Assembly: GCA_000002445.1 (NCBI GenBank)
Contig: CP000066.1
Location: 576,001 to 640,000, forward strand
Source of the DNA: Trypanosoma brucei
Lineage: Eukaryota
Direction: 5' to 3'
Length of the DNA stretch: 64,000 nt
Shown piece after piece: positions 10,380 through 20,231 of the stretch; position 1 is the stretch's first letter; each line of letters opens with the position of its first letter. The position numbers were made by a program, and so were the translations under genes. The notes below the pieces were generated by a model, which worked only from the letters and a program-made list of their open reading frames with translations, did not search any database and was not told the origin of the DNA.

Positions 10380-11520
10380 AGGGGGGCCAAGCTTCGGTAC
10401 TGCACTCAACCGCCATCAGCCACAGCTGCATATGTTTTGTTGGTTATTTAAGCCTAGTGGTGCGTGTCGCAAAGCCCTTTTAGGCTTCCAGCTTCCATTG
10501 CCTGGGATATGCCCCTTATTTCTGAGAAGCATGGCGCGAGTCTGGTAACATTCCCAAATAATCAACAACGGCAAGACGACGTGCACAACACCCGTCTGCT
10601 GAGCGAGAGTGTGATTATAATAAAGAGGGCGGGCCAAATAACTCTGCTTGTGGAATCGCCCCCATGGAAGCCTCCTAGGGTGCCAGCGTCCCTCCAAGGT
10701 CGACCCGTTCTACGTTTGTTGTTTTTTTTTTCCTGGTTGGCAGCCGTGATTTTAGTTGCGTTTTCACATACACTGAACGGCGGCAGTGCAAGTGCAATGG
10801 CCAAGCGTCCGGATACACACAACTCTGTTTAATTACTTACAATCACCGTTCATGCAATACCGTTTTGTTTTTTTTTTGTGGGGAGAGGGTAACGGCCAAC
10901 AGTGACTCGAAGACGCAGCGCATGTTTGCACTTGCCTATCACAGTTTGCGCGTGTTTTGGTGCTGCCCGCGACACTCCATTTGCCTTGTCCGACAGTTCC
11001 TTGAACAAACTAGGCGTTTGGGGGCGAGATATTCTCAGGACGGTCCCTTCTAGCATGCAAGATTGCCCGTCCAAGCTTGACGCCGCGCTGGTGCAGCTTT
11101 CCCCTCCCACGCGCGCCGCCATTTCCGGGGTTTCAATCCTGTAGGTGGAGGTGACCTTCCGCTACACTCGTCCAAGAGTCCGGTGCAAATCTGAGCGGGT
11201 TTCTGTGGGGCCGTTGGGCCCGCCGCCGCTATGTTTGGTTCACTGCCGGGAGGAAAGTGCCCCCCTCCCCTGTTGCGGGTGTTCGGTGGCCTTCGGGTCA
11301 GTAGTGCGAACTTCCCACCCGGGCTTTGGCGTGTTCCCCTGTTGTTGTCTTGACCGGGGAGGTTACGCTCCTCTGTGTGCGTGCGGTTGCCATTCCAATC
11401 TTTGTTTGAAGGCGAAGATCTGCCGCGGCCACTTCGCGATCCGCTGCTGCAATGGAAGTGAGAGTGGAAGATATTCTTAGCAATGATGTGGTCTTTCGCT
11501 GCCCCTCTTAGTACCACCTT
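10380..11520. other. GC-rich, ORF-poor, hairpin-rich block inside the divergent SSR (candidate structured ncRNA, promoter element or gene/retroelement relic)
   Basis: Hand counts give 40/60 G+C for 11221-11280 and 38/60 for 11281-11340, whereas other spacers are AT-rich. It contains only mutually overlapping R/G/P-rich ORFs on both strands. Local helices include ggacgg(11038-11043)/ccgtcc(11067-11072) and the 11277-11320 helix with a c(uucg)g tetraloop hairpin ggcc-ttcg-ggtc at 11288-11299. Confidence 0.4.
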
Positions 11521-11790
11521 CCTATTATGTTTTTTTTACCGCTATCAAAGACACGTTCTTCAATTGTCACGTCACATACGAAACTGTGTTTTTCGTGCGC
11601 GTGCACACGCACGCATGTAAAAGCTGAGTTTGCTGACATTGTAATGCATACACTTTTTTATTACACTATTTCCAGACGATGCATCCCAAAATAGAAACGT
11701 TTGATCGCGTGGCTGGTTAGTTGTTGATTGGGGCGATTTTGTGCTTCACGACGCTTCTTGTTATTTTTTATTTGTATGGCTATTGTGTGA

Positions 11791-11852
11791 TTCTTTCTCA
11801 CTCTTTTTCCCTTTTTTTCTTTGTTTTCCCTGTCACTTATTCTTACGAACAG
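11791..11852 (+). promoter_or_regulatory. Polypyrimidine tract plus AG: candidate SL trans-splice acceptor for the Clp1-like gene
   Basis: The sequence ttctttctcactctttttccctttttttctttgttttccctgtcacttattcttacgaacag ends with AG at 11851-11852, just before the ATG at 11858. Confidence 0.45.
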
Positions 11853-11857
11853 GGGGT

Positions 11858-13183
11858 ATGTCCGCCATAGAACAGGCTAACTTTCGCCTACAAGCAGGTT
11901 CCGAGTTAGTGGTTGTAGTGCCCTACAGCACCGAGCGTTGTTCCGCTACCTTAAAAGTGGTGTCTGGGGCCGGTGGCTTGGAGCCGCGGGTGGATGTGCT
12001 TGGCGCCCCAGTTATTGTAGATGTATCGTACAATCTTCCTCCTGGAATCACCTTTACAGTCTTTACATGGAGCAACGCTAACATTCGAATTGAAGGATCA
12101 AAACAACTCGTTCAGAACTGTTTTCGCTCAACAACCCATCCATTTGCCCGTTCCATTGTTGAGTACCACTGCTTAATTCATAACGCTCGTCTACTTGCTG
12201 ACAAACAGGGTTTGTTTGGACCGATGGTCCTTATATGCGGGCAAAATGACACTGAGAAGCATGCAATATCTAGGACTCTTAGCAGCTATGCCGCAAGAAC
12301 AGGATGGGCCCCTCAATTTGTTGATCTTGATTGTGGGATGGGTCAGTTATTAAGCACTCCGGGAACTGTTGCAGCATGTGTAAGTGAGTGTCCGATGACA
12401 TTAGACGAGGATACCAGCACTGGTCCCCTTTCGGTTGCTTTTTTCGTAGGCTCGACCGAACCGCAGGTAAAAGGTGTTTCTGGGGAGTGGAACATGTTTG
12501 CCCCTTATGTTCATTATTGCCGTTTGCTACTATCATGTGTAAGTGAGCGAATAGCAAGACACAAGGGCGGGGCTGGAGGATCTAGTGGTGCAATCATCGT
12601 GCTGCCTGAACTGAGAGGGAGCAATGGACTGCTTTTCGTCGTGGATATCATTCGTCAGTTCAACATTTCGCATATTCTATGCGTGGGTGACGATTTCCTC
12701 TTTTGTGGACTCCACGAGAGGATACCGAGGTTGCGTGAACATATGGCTTCGCGTGTTGGTGGGGATATTCGTCTTGATAAACTATCGGGATCGCCTCACT
12801 TTCCTTCGCCAGACACTCGAACCGAACGTCTTTCCTCCATAATGGAAAGATATTTTTTTGGTGGTGGTGCAGTCGATCTCCAACCTTCAGAAATTAATAG
12901 GCGGTATGCAAGCATTGAGATACTTCTCTTAAAGGAAGCTAACGGACAGGCGGTAGTTTCCCCAGTAGAGCAGGATGCACTAGAGGGAGTTGTTGGGTGC
13001 GTGGGGTCCTTGTTTGAGTCATCCGCCATTCATGAGAAAGGTGCTCTTTCTCTTGCCCCATTTGCTCTCGCGAGGGTGCAGGGGATCGACGCCAATGGAG
13101 TCAGCCTTCTTGTGAGCACGCACTCGGCAATTCCAGAGAGGCTAACCATGATCGTGGGAGCTTTCCGGTGGGTAACAAGTTAA
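11858..13183 (+). CDS. Clp1-like protein (pre-mRNA cleavage complex II / polynucleotide kinase family) with degenerate Walker A
   Basis: The ORF-track start at 11741 is GTG inside the poly-Y tract, and the first ATG is at 11858 (441 aa). GPMVLICGQNDTEKHAISRTLSSYAARTGWAPQFVDLDCGMGQLLSTPGTVAA aligns with recalled human CLP1 [52 protein letters not shown]. Confidence 0.8.
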   Translation: MSAIEQANFRLQAGSELVVVVPYSTERCSATLKVVSGAGGLEPRVDVLGAPVIVDVSYNLPPGITFTVFTWSNANIRIEGSKQLVQNCFRSTTHPFARSIVEYHCLIHNARLLADKQGLFGPMVLICGQNDTEKHAISRTLSSYAARTGWAPQFVDLDCGMGQLLSTPGTVAACVSECPMTLDEDTSTGPLSVAFFVGSTEPQVKGVSGEWNMFAPYVHYCRLLLSCVSERIARHKGGAGGSSGAIIVLPELRGSNGLLFVVDIIRQFNISHILCVGDDFLFCGLHERIPRLREHMASRVGGDIRLDKLSGSPHFPSPDTRTERLSSIMERYFFGGGAVDLQPSEINRRYASIEILLLKEANGQAVVSPVEQDALEGVVGCVGSLFESSAIHEKGALSLAPFALARVQGIDANGVSLLVSTHSAIPERLTMIVGAFRWVTS

Positions 13184-13442
13184 TGAACAGGATATATTTT
13201 TTTGCTGTGCAATTCCACCCATTTACGACATCGTGAAACGGCCGAAGGGAGGGTTTGTACTATTTAACGTATTTGCAGACATTTCCTGGAGTGGATAACC
13301 ACACAAATGCCCACACATGTATGTGATCGTGTGGCCACTACTAACGCGCGATTGCTATTTTTACACTCCGGCTTTGAAGGAGGCTCTTTCTGCTTCTTGT
13401 CGAACTCTCTAATATTTCTGTAACCAAAGAGTTCAAAGCTTT

Positions 13443-15236
13443 ATGAACCCTTTATGCGAAATCATTAAGCTTAGCAGTCTTCGCGATGCTATGGTTGAGG
13501 AGCTAACGAAAATTATTAAGGGTCCCAAGTCAACTGAAAGTGATACGAAGGTGATTTATGCGTCTCCTAATATCCACTCAACATTGGGGACTATTTTTCC
13601 GACTGAAGAAACACTTCATAGTGGCCTTGGGGTATTGGGAATATTTCCGTTAGGTGTTGAAGCTGACATCGTAGAGGCAGACCGGGGTGTCTTCTTGGTG
13701 AATGCGGACATCGAATCACTTCGAAAGCTAGAGGGAACTTTGCTTAAATTCGCAGAGACAAACCCAAACGCCCCGCTCCATACCCTTTTTGTACCGAAAA
13801 AAACTGTTATGATTGAAGAAATAATGGAAAACAGTTTTCAGTCACTACTCTCTAACCCGAAGTTGCAAATAGAAGAGTTTGATTGGGACGCCTTCCCGCT
13901 AGATGATGACGTTGTGTCATTGGAATTGCCCCTTTCTTTTAGGCAGCTGGTGGGCGATGGAGATCCGACGGTTCTCTTCTTGTGTGCGAGAATGGTACTA
14001 AAGCTCCAGACATCGTTCTTTGGTTCAATACCCATAGTAAGAGGTCGGGGAGCACATGCAGCAAAAGTGGTTCATATGCTTAAGAGGATGCGCAGCGAAA
14101 TTGGCAGTGATTCTTTCGTAGCTGTGGCACCCAAGATCGAGTCTTTGCTTATTCTTGATAGGTCGGTGGATTTGTTAACACCGTCGCTCACCCAAATGAC
14201 TTATGAGGGTATCATAGACGAATTTTTCTCCATAAGCTCCGGGGGCGTCACTTTATCGTTTGACGTTGGCGAAGGTTCAAACCTGTGCACAGGTCAACGC
14301 ATTCACTTGTCTAACGACGACAAAGTATTCAAAGAGATCCGTGACAAGAACTACACCCATGTCGGGTCCGTTCTCCACAACAAGTCGGTTTGGATAAAGC
14401 AATGTTACGACAAGCGAAAGGAACTTCAGCAGCTCAAGGAACTCAAGGATTTTATGAAAGGGTTACCTGAAATGCAGGAAATGCATCGTTTAATTGGAGT
14501 CCACACAGCGATAGCAACAGAGATTGGAAAGAGGACGCAGACCATTGACTTTAGGCGGCGAATCGTCATAGAGCATTATATCTTACAGCAGACGAATGAA
14601 CGAGAAGTGTTTGAGTACATTGAAGAGCTCGCCAACGACAGCGCGCCGATGGAAGATGTTCTCAGACTTCTTTCTTTGTATTCAGTTATAAATGGAGGCT
14701 TGAAAGACAAATTTTACGATCATTTTAAACGGGTTCTGTTACTTTCATACGGTATTCCTTTTGCTATGGCCACGCTAATGTGTCTTGAACGATGTGGTTT
14801 GATAACAAAATACGATACGAAGCATTCAAATTATTCGTCACTACAGAAGCAATTTAAATTATGGACATCCGAATTACAGAATCAGCAGCAGAATGACTTA
14901 GCACTTCCATATGGCGGGTACGTGCCTCTCTCCGTACGACTGCTTGAAAAGGTGATAACTCATCCCGAGTCGTGGAGCACACCTGGGAGTATGGGAGAGT
15001 CCAGTCCTGATGAAAAAGTTGAAATTCGCTACAATGAAGAGACACCTGAAGGCCCACCGGTAACGATGTTTCTTCTTATTGGAGGTATCACACGCGCTGA
15101 GATAAGCGCAATAAGGCTCCTGCAGTCGAAGTTGGCCGATGCCGGTAATCCACGACGCATTGTCGTTGCGACGACAAGTATTGTGAATGGGGCTACAGTT
15201 ATAACTTCAGCACTGCCCTATCCTTTGGAAGAGTAG
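13443..15236 (+). CDS. VPS33: Sec1/Munc18-family protein, VPS33 orthologue
   Basis: 597 aa. [53 protein letters not shown] and [17 protein letters not shown] match recalled human VPS33A ([68 protein letters not shown]). Confidence 0.88.
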   Translation: [597 protein letters not shown]

Positions 15237-15398
15237 TGTACCGTTGCTGTGCTCACAAGTTTTTTTCTCCGGCGGCTAGTCGCGTTACCATAATTGTTTT
15301 TTTTTTAATTGCTGGAGGAAACAAGTGATCAAATATATGAGGTTCATTGGCTTTCTTTTGTCCCTTCTCTTTTTTCTTTGAACACACTTTCTCTCCAG

Positions 15399-16520
15399 AT
15401 GTCCGGGCCGCCTAAGCAGTGCTACTACGAGTTGCTTCAGGTTGACAGAAAAGCGTCATCAGAGGAAATACGCCAGGCATACAAGAAACAAGCACTCATT
15501 CACCACCCGGACAAGAACTATAGCAACGAACAAAGTACGATAGAAAAGTTCAAGGATATTCAAAATGCCTATGCCGTCTTAAGTGACCCTGATGAGCGTG
15601 CCTGGTATGATGCTCACCGAGAAAGCATACTAAATGGGGAGGACGCTGACAGTTCTCAGCATGAGGTTAACCTCTATTGCTACTTCACATCCAGGTGCTT
15701 CGATGGCTTTGACGATAACGAAGGAGGATTTTACTCTGTATATAGGAAGGTCTTCGACCAGCTTATCGAAGATGAAAGTGAGTATAGTTCAAATGCGAAA
15801 ACTTGGCCTCGTTTTGGTGACAGCGCGACGAGCTGGAGTTCTGTTTCCAAGTTTTACAGTCACTGGAGGAATTTCAGTTCCTGCAAGACGTTCGCGTGGA
15901 AAGATGAATATAAGGTGAATGAAATCCCTGACCGCGCATCTAGGAGAATGGCTGAAAGAATCAACCAAAAGCTGAGGACGTCGGCGAAAAAGGAGTACGT
16001 GCAAATTGTCCAGGGTTTGACTCGGTTTGTCCACCGTCGCGACCCTCGTGTGGCTGCGGAACTTACACGGCAGGAGGAAGAAAGACGACTGAAGGAAGAA
16101 GAGAGAGAAAAGAGGGAGCTTGAATGGGCGAAGAACCGTCGTGAAGCTAACGAGAAACTTTGGGCTGAAGCCGCTGAGAAGGAGGCCGAAGAGGAGCGGG
16201 CCAGAATTGAGCGGGGTGAGGCCCCCGATTCGTGCACTCTGGATCTTCTTTACGAGAAACAGAGGCAATGTGAAGAGGCGCGAAAGGTAAAAGGTGGGAC
16301 CAACTGTGGCTTTGCCATGTTGGAGGATGAGCATGAGGACAACTTACCCGAAAAGAAGCGTAGTTGTCCCGCGTGCAAGAAGCAGTTCAAAACTGATGCT
16401 CAGTACAAGGAACATGTGAACAGCAGCAAGCACAAAGCGAAGCTGCGGCAGCTGTCGGCAAAGGGTGTTGACATTGAAACCCTAATGAATGAGGAGAAAG
16501 ATATCAGTACCTGCGTGTAA
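15399..16520 (+). CDS. DnaJ-domain co-chaperone with C-terminal C2H2 zinc finger (JJJ1/DNAJC21-like)
   Basis: The ORF-track start at 15309 is TTG, and the ATG is at 15399 (373 aa). The J domain reads CYYELLQVDRKASSEEIRQAYKKQALIHHPDKN. It is followed by a charged E/R/K coiled region and the zinc finger CPACKKQFKTDAQYKEHVNSSKHKAKL. Confidence 0.88.
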   Translation: MSGPPKQCYYELLQVDRKASSEEIRQAYKKQALIHHPDKNYSNEQSTIEKFKDIQNAYAVLSDPDERAWYDAHRESILNGEDADSSQHEVNLYCYFTSRCFDGFDDNEGGFYSVYRKVFDQLIEDESEYSSNAKTWPRFGDSATSWSSVSKFYSHWRNFSSCKTFAWKDEYKVNEIPDRASRRMAERINQKLRTSAKKEYVQIVQGLTRFVHRRDPRVAAELTRQEEERRLKEEEREKRELEWAKNRREANEKLWAEAAEKEAEEERARIERGEAPDSCTLDLLYEKQRQCEEARKVKGGTNCGFAMLEDEHEDNLPEKKRSCPACKKQFKTDAQYKEHVNSSKHKAKLRQLSAKGVDIETLMNEEKDISTCV

Positions 16521-16646
16521 AACATTTAATTGTATGCTTTCATAGTTCTTATCAAGTTTTTGGGCACTCGTTCTTTTCTACCCCTCCCCAACACACTGCC
16601 AGTATGCTCTACACCTGACCTCTACACTTATTTGTTTAAGTAACAA

Positions 16647-17252
16647 ATGCTCCACACAGTGAGCGAGTTGGCGATGCGCAGGTGTTTGTGCCTGCGTGGC
16701 TTTCGTCCTCAGGTGGCGGTAAGCGCCCTTGGCATTGATTTACGGAGTTGTGGCGTGCGCTTTTGCGCATCGAAGCCTCCTGGGATTCATTTGACTCAGC
16801 GTACGTCCGAGGGCCCGGTCAGCGATGACCCCAGGCGGGGTGCTGTGAGGAACAATATCGAGGAGTTGGTAAAGAATCTCTCAGAGGAGGACCAAAGATT
16901 AATTCTCAGCGCTCTGCAGGATCCAGAGGCGCAACCCAGTTCGAAGATGGGTGGCCCTGGAATAGGCACAAAAACAGGTGACATGGTTGCGGCGTTCACG
17001 TGTGGGCAGTGTGAACATCGTATGGTCAAGAGGTTTAGCAAACATGCTTACACAAAAGGTATTGTAATTGTTCAGTGTCCCTCTTGTGAAGTGCGACATC
17101 TACTCGCCGACAACCTTGGCTGGTTTGTGGATGGGGCCAAGAACGTTGAAGAAATGCTCCGCGAAAAAGGCGATTCTTTTATTCGTGTGGGTAATGATTA
17201 TCAAGTTGAACCGACTAGTGTTGGGACTGAGCGCGACGGTAATAATAACTGA
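16647..17252 (+). CDS. DNL-type zinc-finger protein (Zim17/Hep1/Tim15-like mitochondrial Hsp70 escort protein)
   Basis: 201 aa with an N-terminal presequence-like region. The hallmark motif is FTCGQCEHRMVKRFSKHAYTKGIVIVQCPSCEVRHLLADNLGWF. Confidence 0.88.
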   Translation: MLHTVSELAMRRCLCLRGFRPQVAVSALGIDLRSCGVRFCASKPPGIHLTQRTSEGPVSDDPRRGAVRNNIEELVKNLSEEDQRLILSALQDPEAQPSSKMGGPGIGTKTGDMVAAFTCGQCEHRMVKRFSKHAYTKGIVIVQCPSCEVRHLLADNLGWFVDGAKNVEEMLREKGDSFIRVGNDYQVEPTSVGTERDGNNN

Positions 17253-17474
17253 GTTTTCCTCCGTTTTCCCTTCCCACTCCCCTCTTTGGTTGTCAAACTA
17301 CCCGGTGAGGATACCAGATTTCACTAAAGCTACCCTGTTGAGACACTTGCTGGTTTGTATCCCCCTCAACATTTTATGCCGCACTTATACACTTCTCGTT
17401 AGGTTTTGGGGATACCTGCATCACCTGTAGCATAGTAGGACGATACACGTATATCAACGAGAAGTGTCACAAAG

Positions 17475-18377
17475 ATGAGTTACGAGATACAACCCATATT
17501 GAAGGGGACGAAACGCGACCCAGCAACGCGGAAGTACAACAGGGCAGCGGGAAAGGGTCCTTTTGGTGCCTTCCCCCCAGGCTACGCTCCCAAGCAGGAG
17601 AAGCCCAGCATCCCTATCGAGGGACCGGTAGCGGTGCAAGGTGTGCGCTTCGCGTATAAGGGAACCGTTCAGCGCACAGGTGGCACCACGACATCCTTGT
17701 ATAAGGGTCGCCAACAACATGAGAGTGCAGTCGCCTTTACTACCAACGGTGCCGGTGACAGCAAGCCACCCAAAGCGGGTGCATTCAAGCGTCGATTGAT
17801 ACCACCCACTGAGTTCCGTCGGTACTATGATCGTGGAGACTTGCCGTTGTCTGTTGCTCATGGAAACCGCCCCACTATTGACTGGAAGGTAGATGTGGAA
17901 AGGCTTGATTATCACCATTATCTTCCTATATTCTTTGATGGGATTCGTGAGACGGAGGAGCCGTATATGTTTCTTGCGAGACAAGGGTGTTTGGATCTGC
18001 TAAAGCGTGGTGGTCCCAAGATACTCCCAACAATCCCTCAGCTGATTATTCCCATAAAAACTGCTTTAAACACGCGGCACCCGGAGATCATTTGCGCAAC
18101 GCTTCGGATTCTTCAACAACTGATTGTCAGTGGTGATCTGATTGGTGAGGCCTTGGTTCCTTACTACCGTCAGATACTTCCTATGTTTAACCTCTTTAAG
18201 AGCCGCCACAAGAATCGAGCCCGTGGAGATGCCATTGATTTTGGACAAAGGAAGCGCGACGATGTCGGCGATTTGGTTATTGAGACACTTCAGCTGTTGG
18301 AGGTTCATGGTGGCGACGATGCGTATATCAACATCAAATATATGGTGCCGACGTATGAGAGCTGTATTTTCAGTTGA
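17475..18377 (+). CDS. PACRG: Parkin co-regulated gene protein homologue (axonemal PACRG)
   Basis: 300 aa. [63 protein letters not shown] is the conserved PACRG core. Confidence 0.9.
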   Translation: MSYEIQPILKGTKRDPATRKYNRAAGKGPFGAFPPGYAPKQEKPSIPIEGPVAVQGVRFAYKGTVQRTGGTTTSLYKGRQQHESAVAFTTNGAGDSKPPKAGAFKRRLIPPTEFRRYYDRGDLPLSVAHGNRPTIDWKVDVERLDYHHYLPIFFDGIRETEEPYMFLARQGCLDLLKRGGPKILPTIPQLIIPIKTALNTRHPEIICATLRILQQLIVSGDLIGEALVPYYRQILPMFNLFKSRHKNRARGDAIDFGQRKRDDVGDLVIETLQLLEVHGGDDAYINIKYMVPTYESCIFS

Positions 18378-18908
18378 GCAGCGTGATGCCGGAGGAACGT
18401 CGAGAAGAAAGAATGAGAAAAGATGCGTTTTTTGAAGTTAGAAAAGAAAGCTCACCCCAACTATTGGTTGATTTGTATTCAAAGGCCCCATGATGTCCTC
18501 ATGTAATTTAGATAAGCCTTTTGTTACATGCAGCTGAATACAGTGAAGAAAGCAGCGGATGAATTCCAGGAAGGGGGCGCTCTTCTTCATTTACACCAAG
18601 CAGATAATTTTGTTTTGTTTTGATAGAGTGGCTGCAAGGTGAAGCATACGGTGCTTACCACATAAACATGTACGATGTTCTCCATCAGGTGAAGGTATAG
18701 CCGTGTGCATATACGCAAGGTGTAATTGTGATCATTACCCTTGTATCTTCTTCACCCTTCCATTTACACCATTGTGTTTATATTTCTATCTAATTTATTC
18801 TGCCGTTCCTTTTATTACGCCTCCTTTGGTTACGTAAGTTGGTCGCTCCTTTCAGCGTATACCTCACGGCTGCTTTTTCATTGTGTTGGTTAGGCAAAAG
18901 GAGCATTA

Positions 18909-20231
18909 ATGGAGGATTATTATTATTACGAAGACGACTATGGTGATGAAGAGGGTGAATCACAGGATTCAGCCCTTGGGGATGCCTACTCGACGGCCAA
19001 ATCGCTGATGGGCACAAATCCCCTTCAGTGCGTTGCCGGTCTCCTCGCTGTGGAACGCGACGATAGCAGTGGTGGCAAGTGGACATTTAAGTCTCTCAAA
19101 GCGCTGGTGAAGGTAAGTAGGCAGATGGGCGCCTACGAGGATATGCTCCGGTACTACGAAAGAGTCTGCACATTCAACCACAAAGATGTGGACAAGGGTT
19201 CGTTGCAGAAGGCCATGACGAAGTTCATCGACGAATCACAGCGTGTCCCCGTGGATTACCTGGGTCGCGCACTCAGAACGACAGCGGAAGTCACGTCACG
19301 AGACCTCAAAGCATACAGTAGATTGTGGTTCAACGCAAAAGTGAAGTATGCAACTTTGCTGTTGGATGCAAACGATGTTGGGTCAGTCATCAGTGAAATA
19401 GAACCTGTTTTGGCGTGGTGCAAAGAGGAAGATCCACTTGGCTTTAAGAAGGGTAGTCAGTTGTTTTTTTGCTATGCGCTGTTGCTTCAAGCATACACAG
19501 TCGGAAGAGACTGGAAAAAAGTGCGCGACATGTTTTTTTCCACCATTTCCATAGTTAACACCATTGCTCCATCTCGAGTTGTGGGAAGTGTACTGGAGTG
19601 TGGTGGTAAGATGTACGTTTGCTACCGTGACTGGCAATCAGCTTTCCAGACGTTTTCTGCTGCCTTTAGGTACTACAATGAAGGCGGTGATCCCCGAAGG
19701 ATTAACTGCCTAAAGTACCTTGTGCTGACATGTTTGCTTAGTGGCTCTGATGTTGATCTATTTGCCGCACCAGAGACGAGAGCGTATGAGGAAGTTGCTG
19801 AAATAGTACCCTTCTCAGGACTTGTGAAGGCTTATAGGAGGAATGACGTTCAACGATTCCTTAGTACTGCGGATCTAGTGCGTCAGTGCTTCACAGCAGA
19901 ACCTGCTGTGCTTGTGTGTCTTGACCTGCTGCTTGATAACCTTAGACTGCGGGCCCTTGTTGCTTTCGCATCTCCGTATGAACGGTTGTCCATGCAGCGG
20001 CTTCAGAGTGTGTTGCTTGTCGACAAGGATGAGGTGGATCGCCTATGCCTAAGAGCAGTGAGTGAGGGAGTGCTTCGTGCCAAACTTGACAACGAGAATG
20101 GTGTTGTTATTATGAACGGGGAGTCTGAAGTCGGGCCTGAGACGGAGAGGCTGCTAGCATTTGACCGGTGGGTCAATGCCCTCCATGAATTTAACAAAAG
20201 GTCATACAAGGACATAGAACGTAACCTTTGA
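18909..20231 (+). CDS. CSN2: COP9 signalosome subunit 2 (PCI-domain protein)
   Basis: 440 aa. GSVLECGGKMYVCYRDWQSAFQTFSAAFRYYNEGGDPRRINCLKYLVLTCLL aligns with recalled human CSN2 [52 protein letters not shown]. It also has the acidic N-terminus and the RLWFNAKVKYATL / RLWFKTNTKLGKL match. Confidence 0.85.
   Translation: MEDYYYYEDDYGDEEGESQDSALGDAYSTAKSLMGTNPLQCVAGLLAVERDDSSGGKWTFKSLKALVKVSRQMGAYEDMLRYYERVCTFNHKDVDKGSLQKAMTKFIDESQRVPVDYLGRALRTTAEVTSRDLKAYSRLWFNAKVKYATLLLDANDVGSVISEIEPVLAWCKEEDPLGFKKGSQLFFCYALLLQAYTVGRDWKKVRDMFFSTISIVNTIAPSRVVGSVLECGGKMYVCYRDWQSAFQTFSAAFRYYNEGGDPRRINCLKYLVLTCLLSGSDVDLFAAPETRAYEEVAEIVPFSGLVKAYRRNDVQRFLSTADLVRQCFTAEPAVLVCLDLLLDNLRLRALVAFASPYERLSMQRLQSVLLVDKDEVDRLCLRAVSEGVLRAKLDNENGVVIMNGESEVGPETERLLAFDRWVNALHEFNKRSYKDIERNL

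Larger units (their letters stand above)
9394..11857. promoter_or_regulatory. Divergent strand-switch region (candidate bidirectional RNA pol II transcription start zone)
   Basis: The coding strand flips from minus (gene starting at 9393) to plus (gene starting at 11858). There is no credible CDS in between. In trypanosomatids such regions are the known pol II initiation zones. Confidence 0.8.

Noticed and set aside
11129-11320. Possible SRP (7SL) RNA, RNase P/MRP RNA or tRNA, based on strings such as ggtttcaatcc (B-box-like), cctgtaggtgg, gggaggaaagtgcccc (CR-I-like) and gtcagtagtgcg
   Set aside because: I could not fold a cloverleaf around the B-box-like string, because the flanks are not complementary. 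I found no SRP helix-8 AGCA/GNAR arrangement and no P4 pairing partner for the CR-I-like string. There is no companion tRNA gene of the kind that drives trypanosome pol III small-RNA genes, and I recall 7SL mapping elsewhere. These are kept only as superficial resemblances pending an Infernal scan.
11050-11517. 155-aa minus-strand and 111-aa plus-strand ORFs in the GC-rich SSR block
   Set aside because: The ORFs overlap each other on opposite strands and have an R/G/P/S-rich composition, as expected from stop-codon depletion in GC-rich DNA. There are no domain-like motifs. The region is treated as non-coding (see the finding).
11741-11857. N-terminal extensions of ORF-track entries (11741, 15309, 29613, 34097, 34739, 38479, 41682, 55198-56553, 56832-58289 and others)
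   Set aside because: The extensions begin at GTG/TTG codons and translate polypyrimidine tracts (F/L/S/C-rich), which are the expected trans-splicing signals. Each CDS was trimmed to the first ATG that gives a sensible N-terminus, signal peptide or domain start.
15789-16334. 181-aa and 125-aa minus-strand ORFs inside the DnaJ gene
   Set aside because: They are antisense to the E/R/K-rich coiled region, where repetitive GAA/GAG codons keep the opposite strand open. Their S/L/F-rich sequence is low-complexity.
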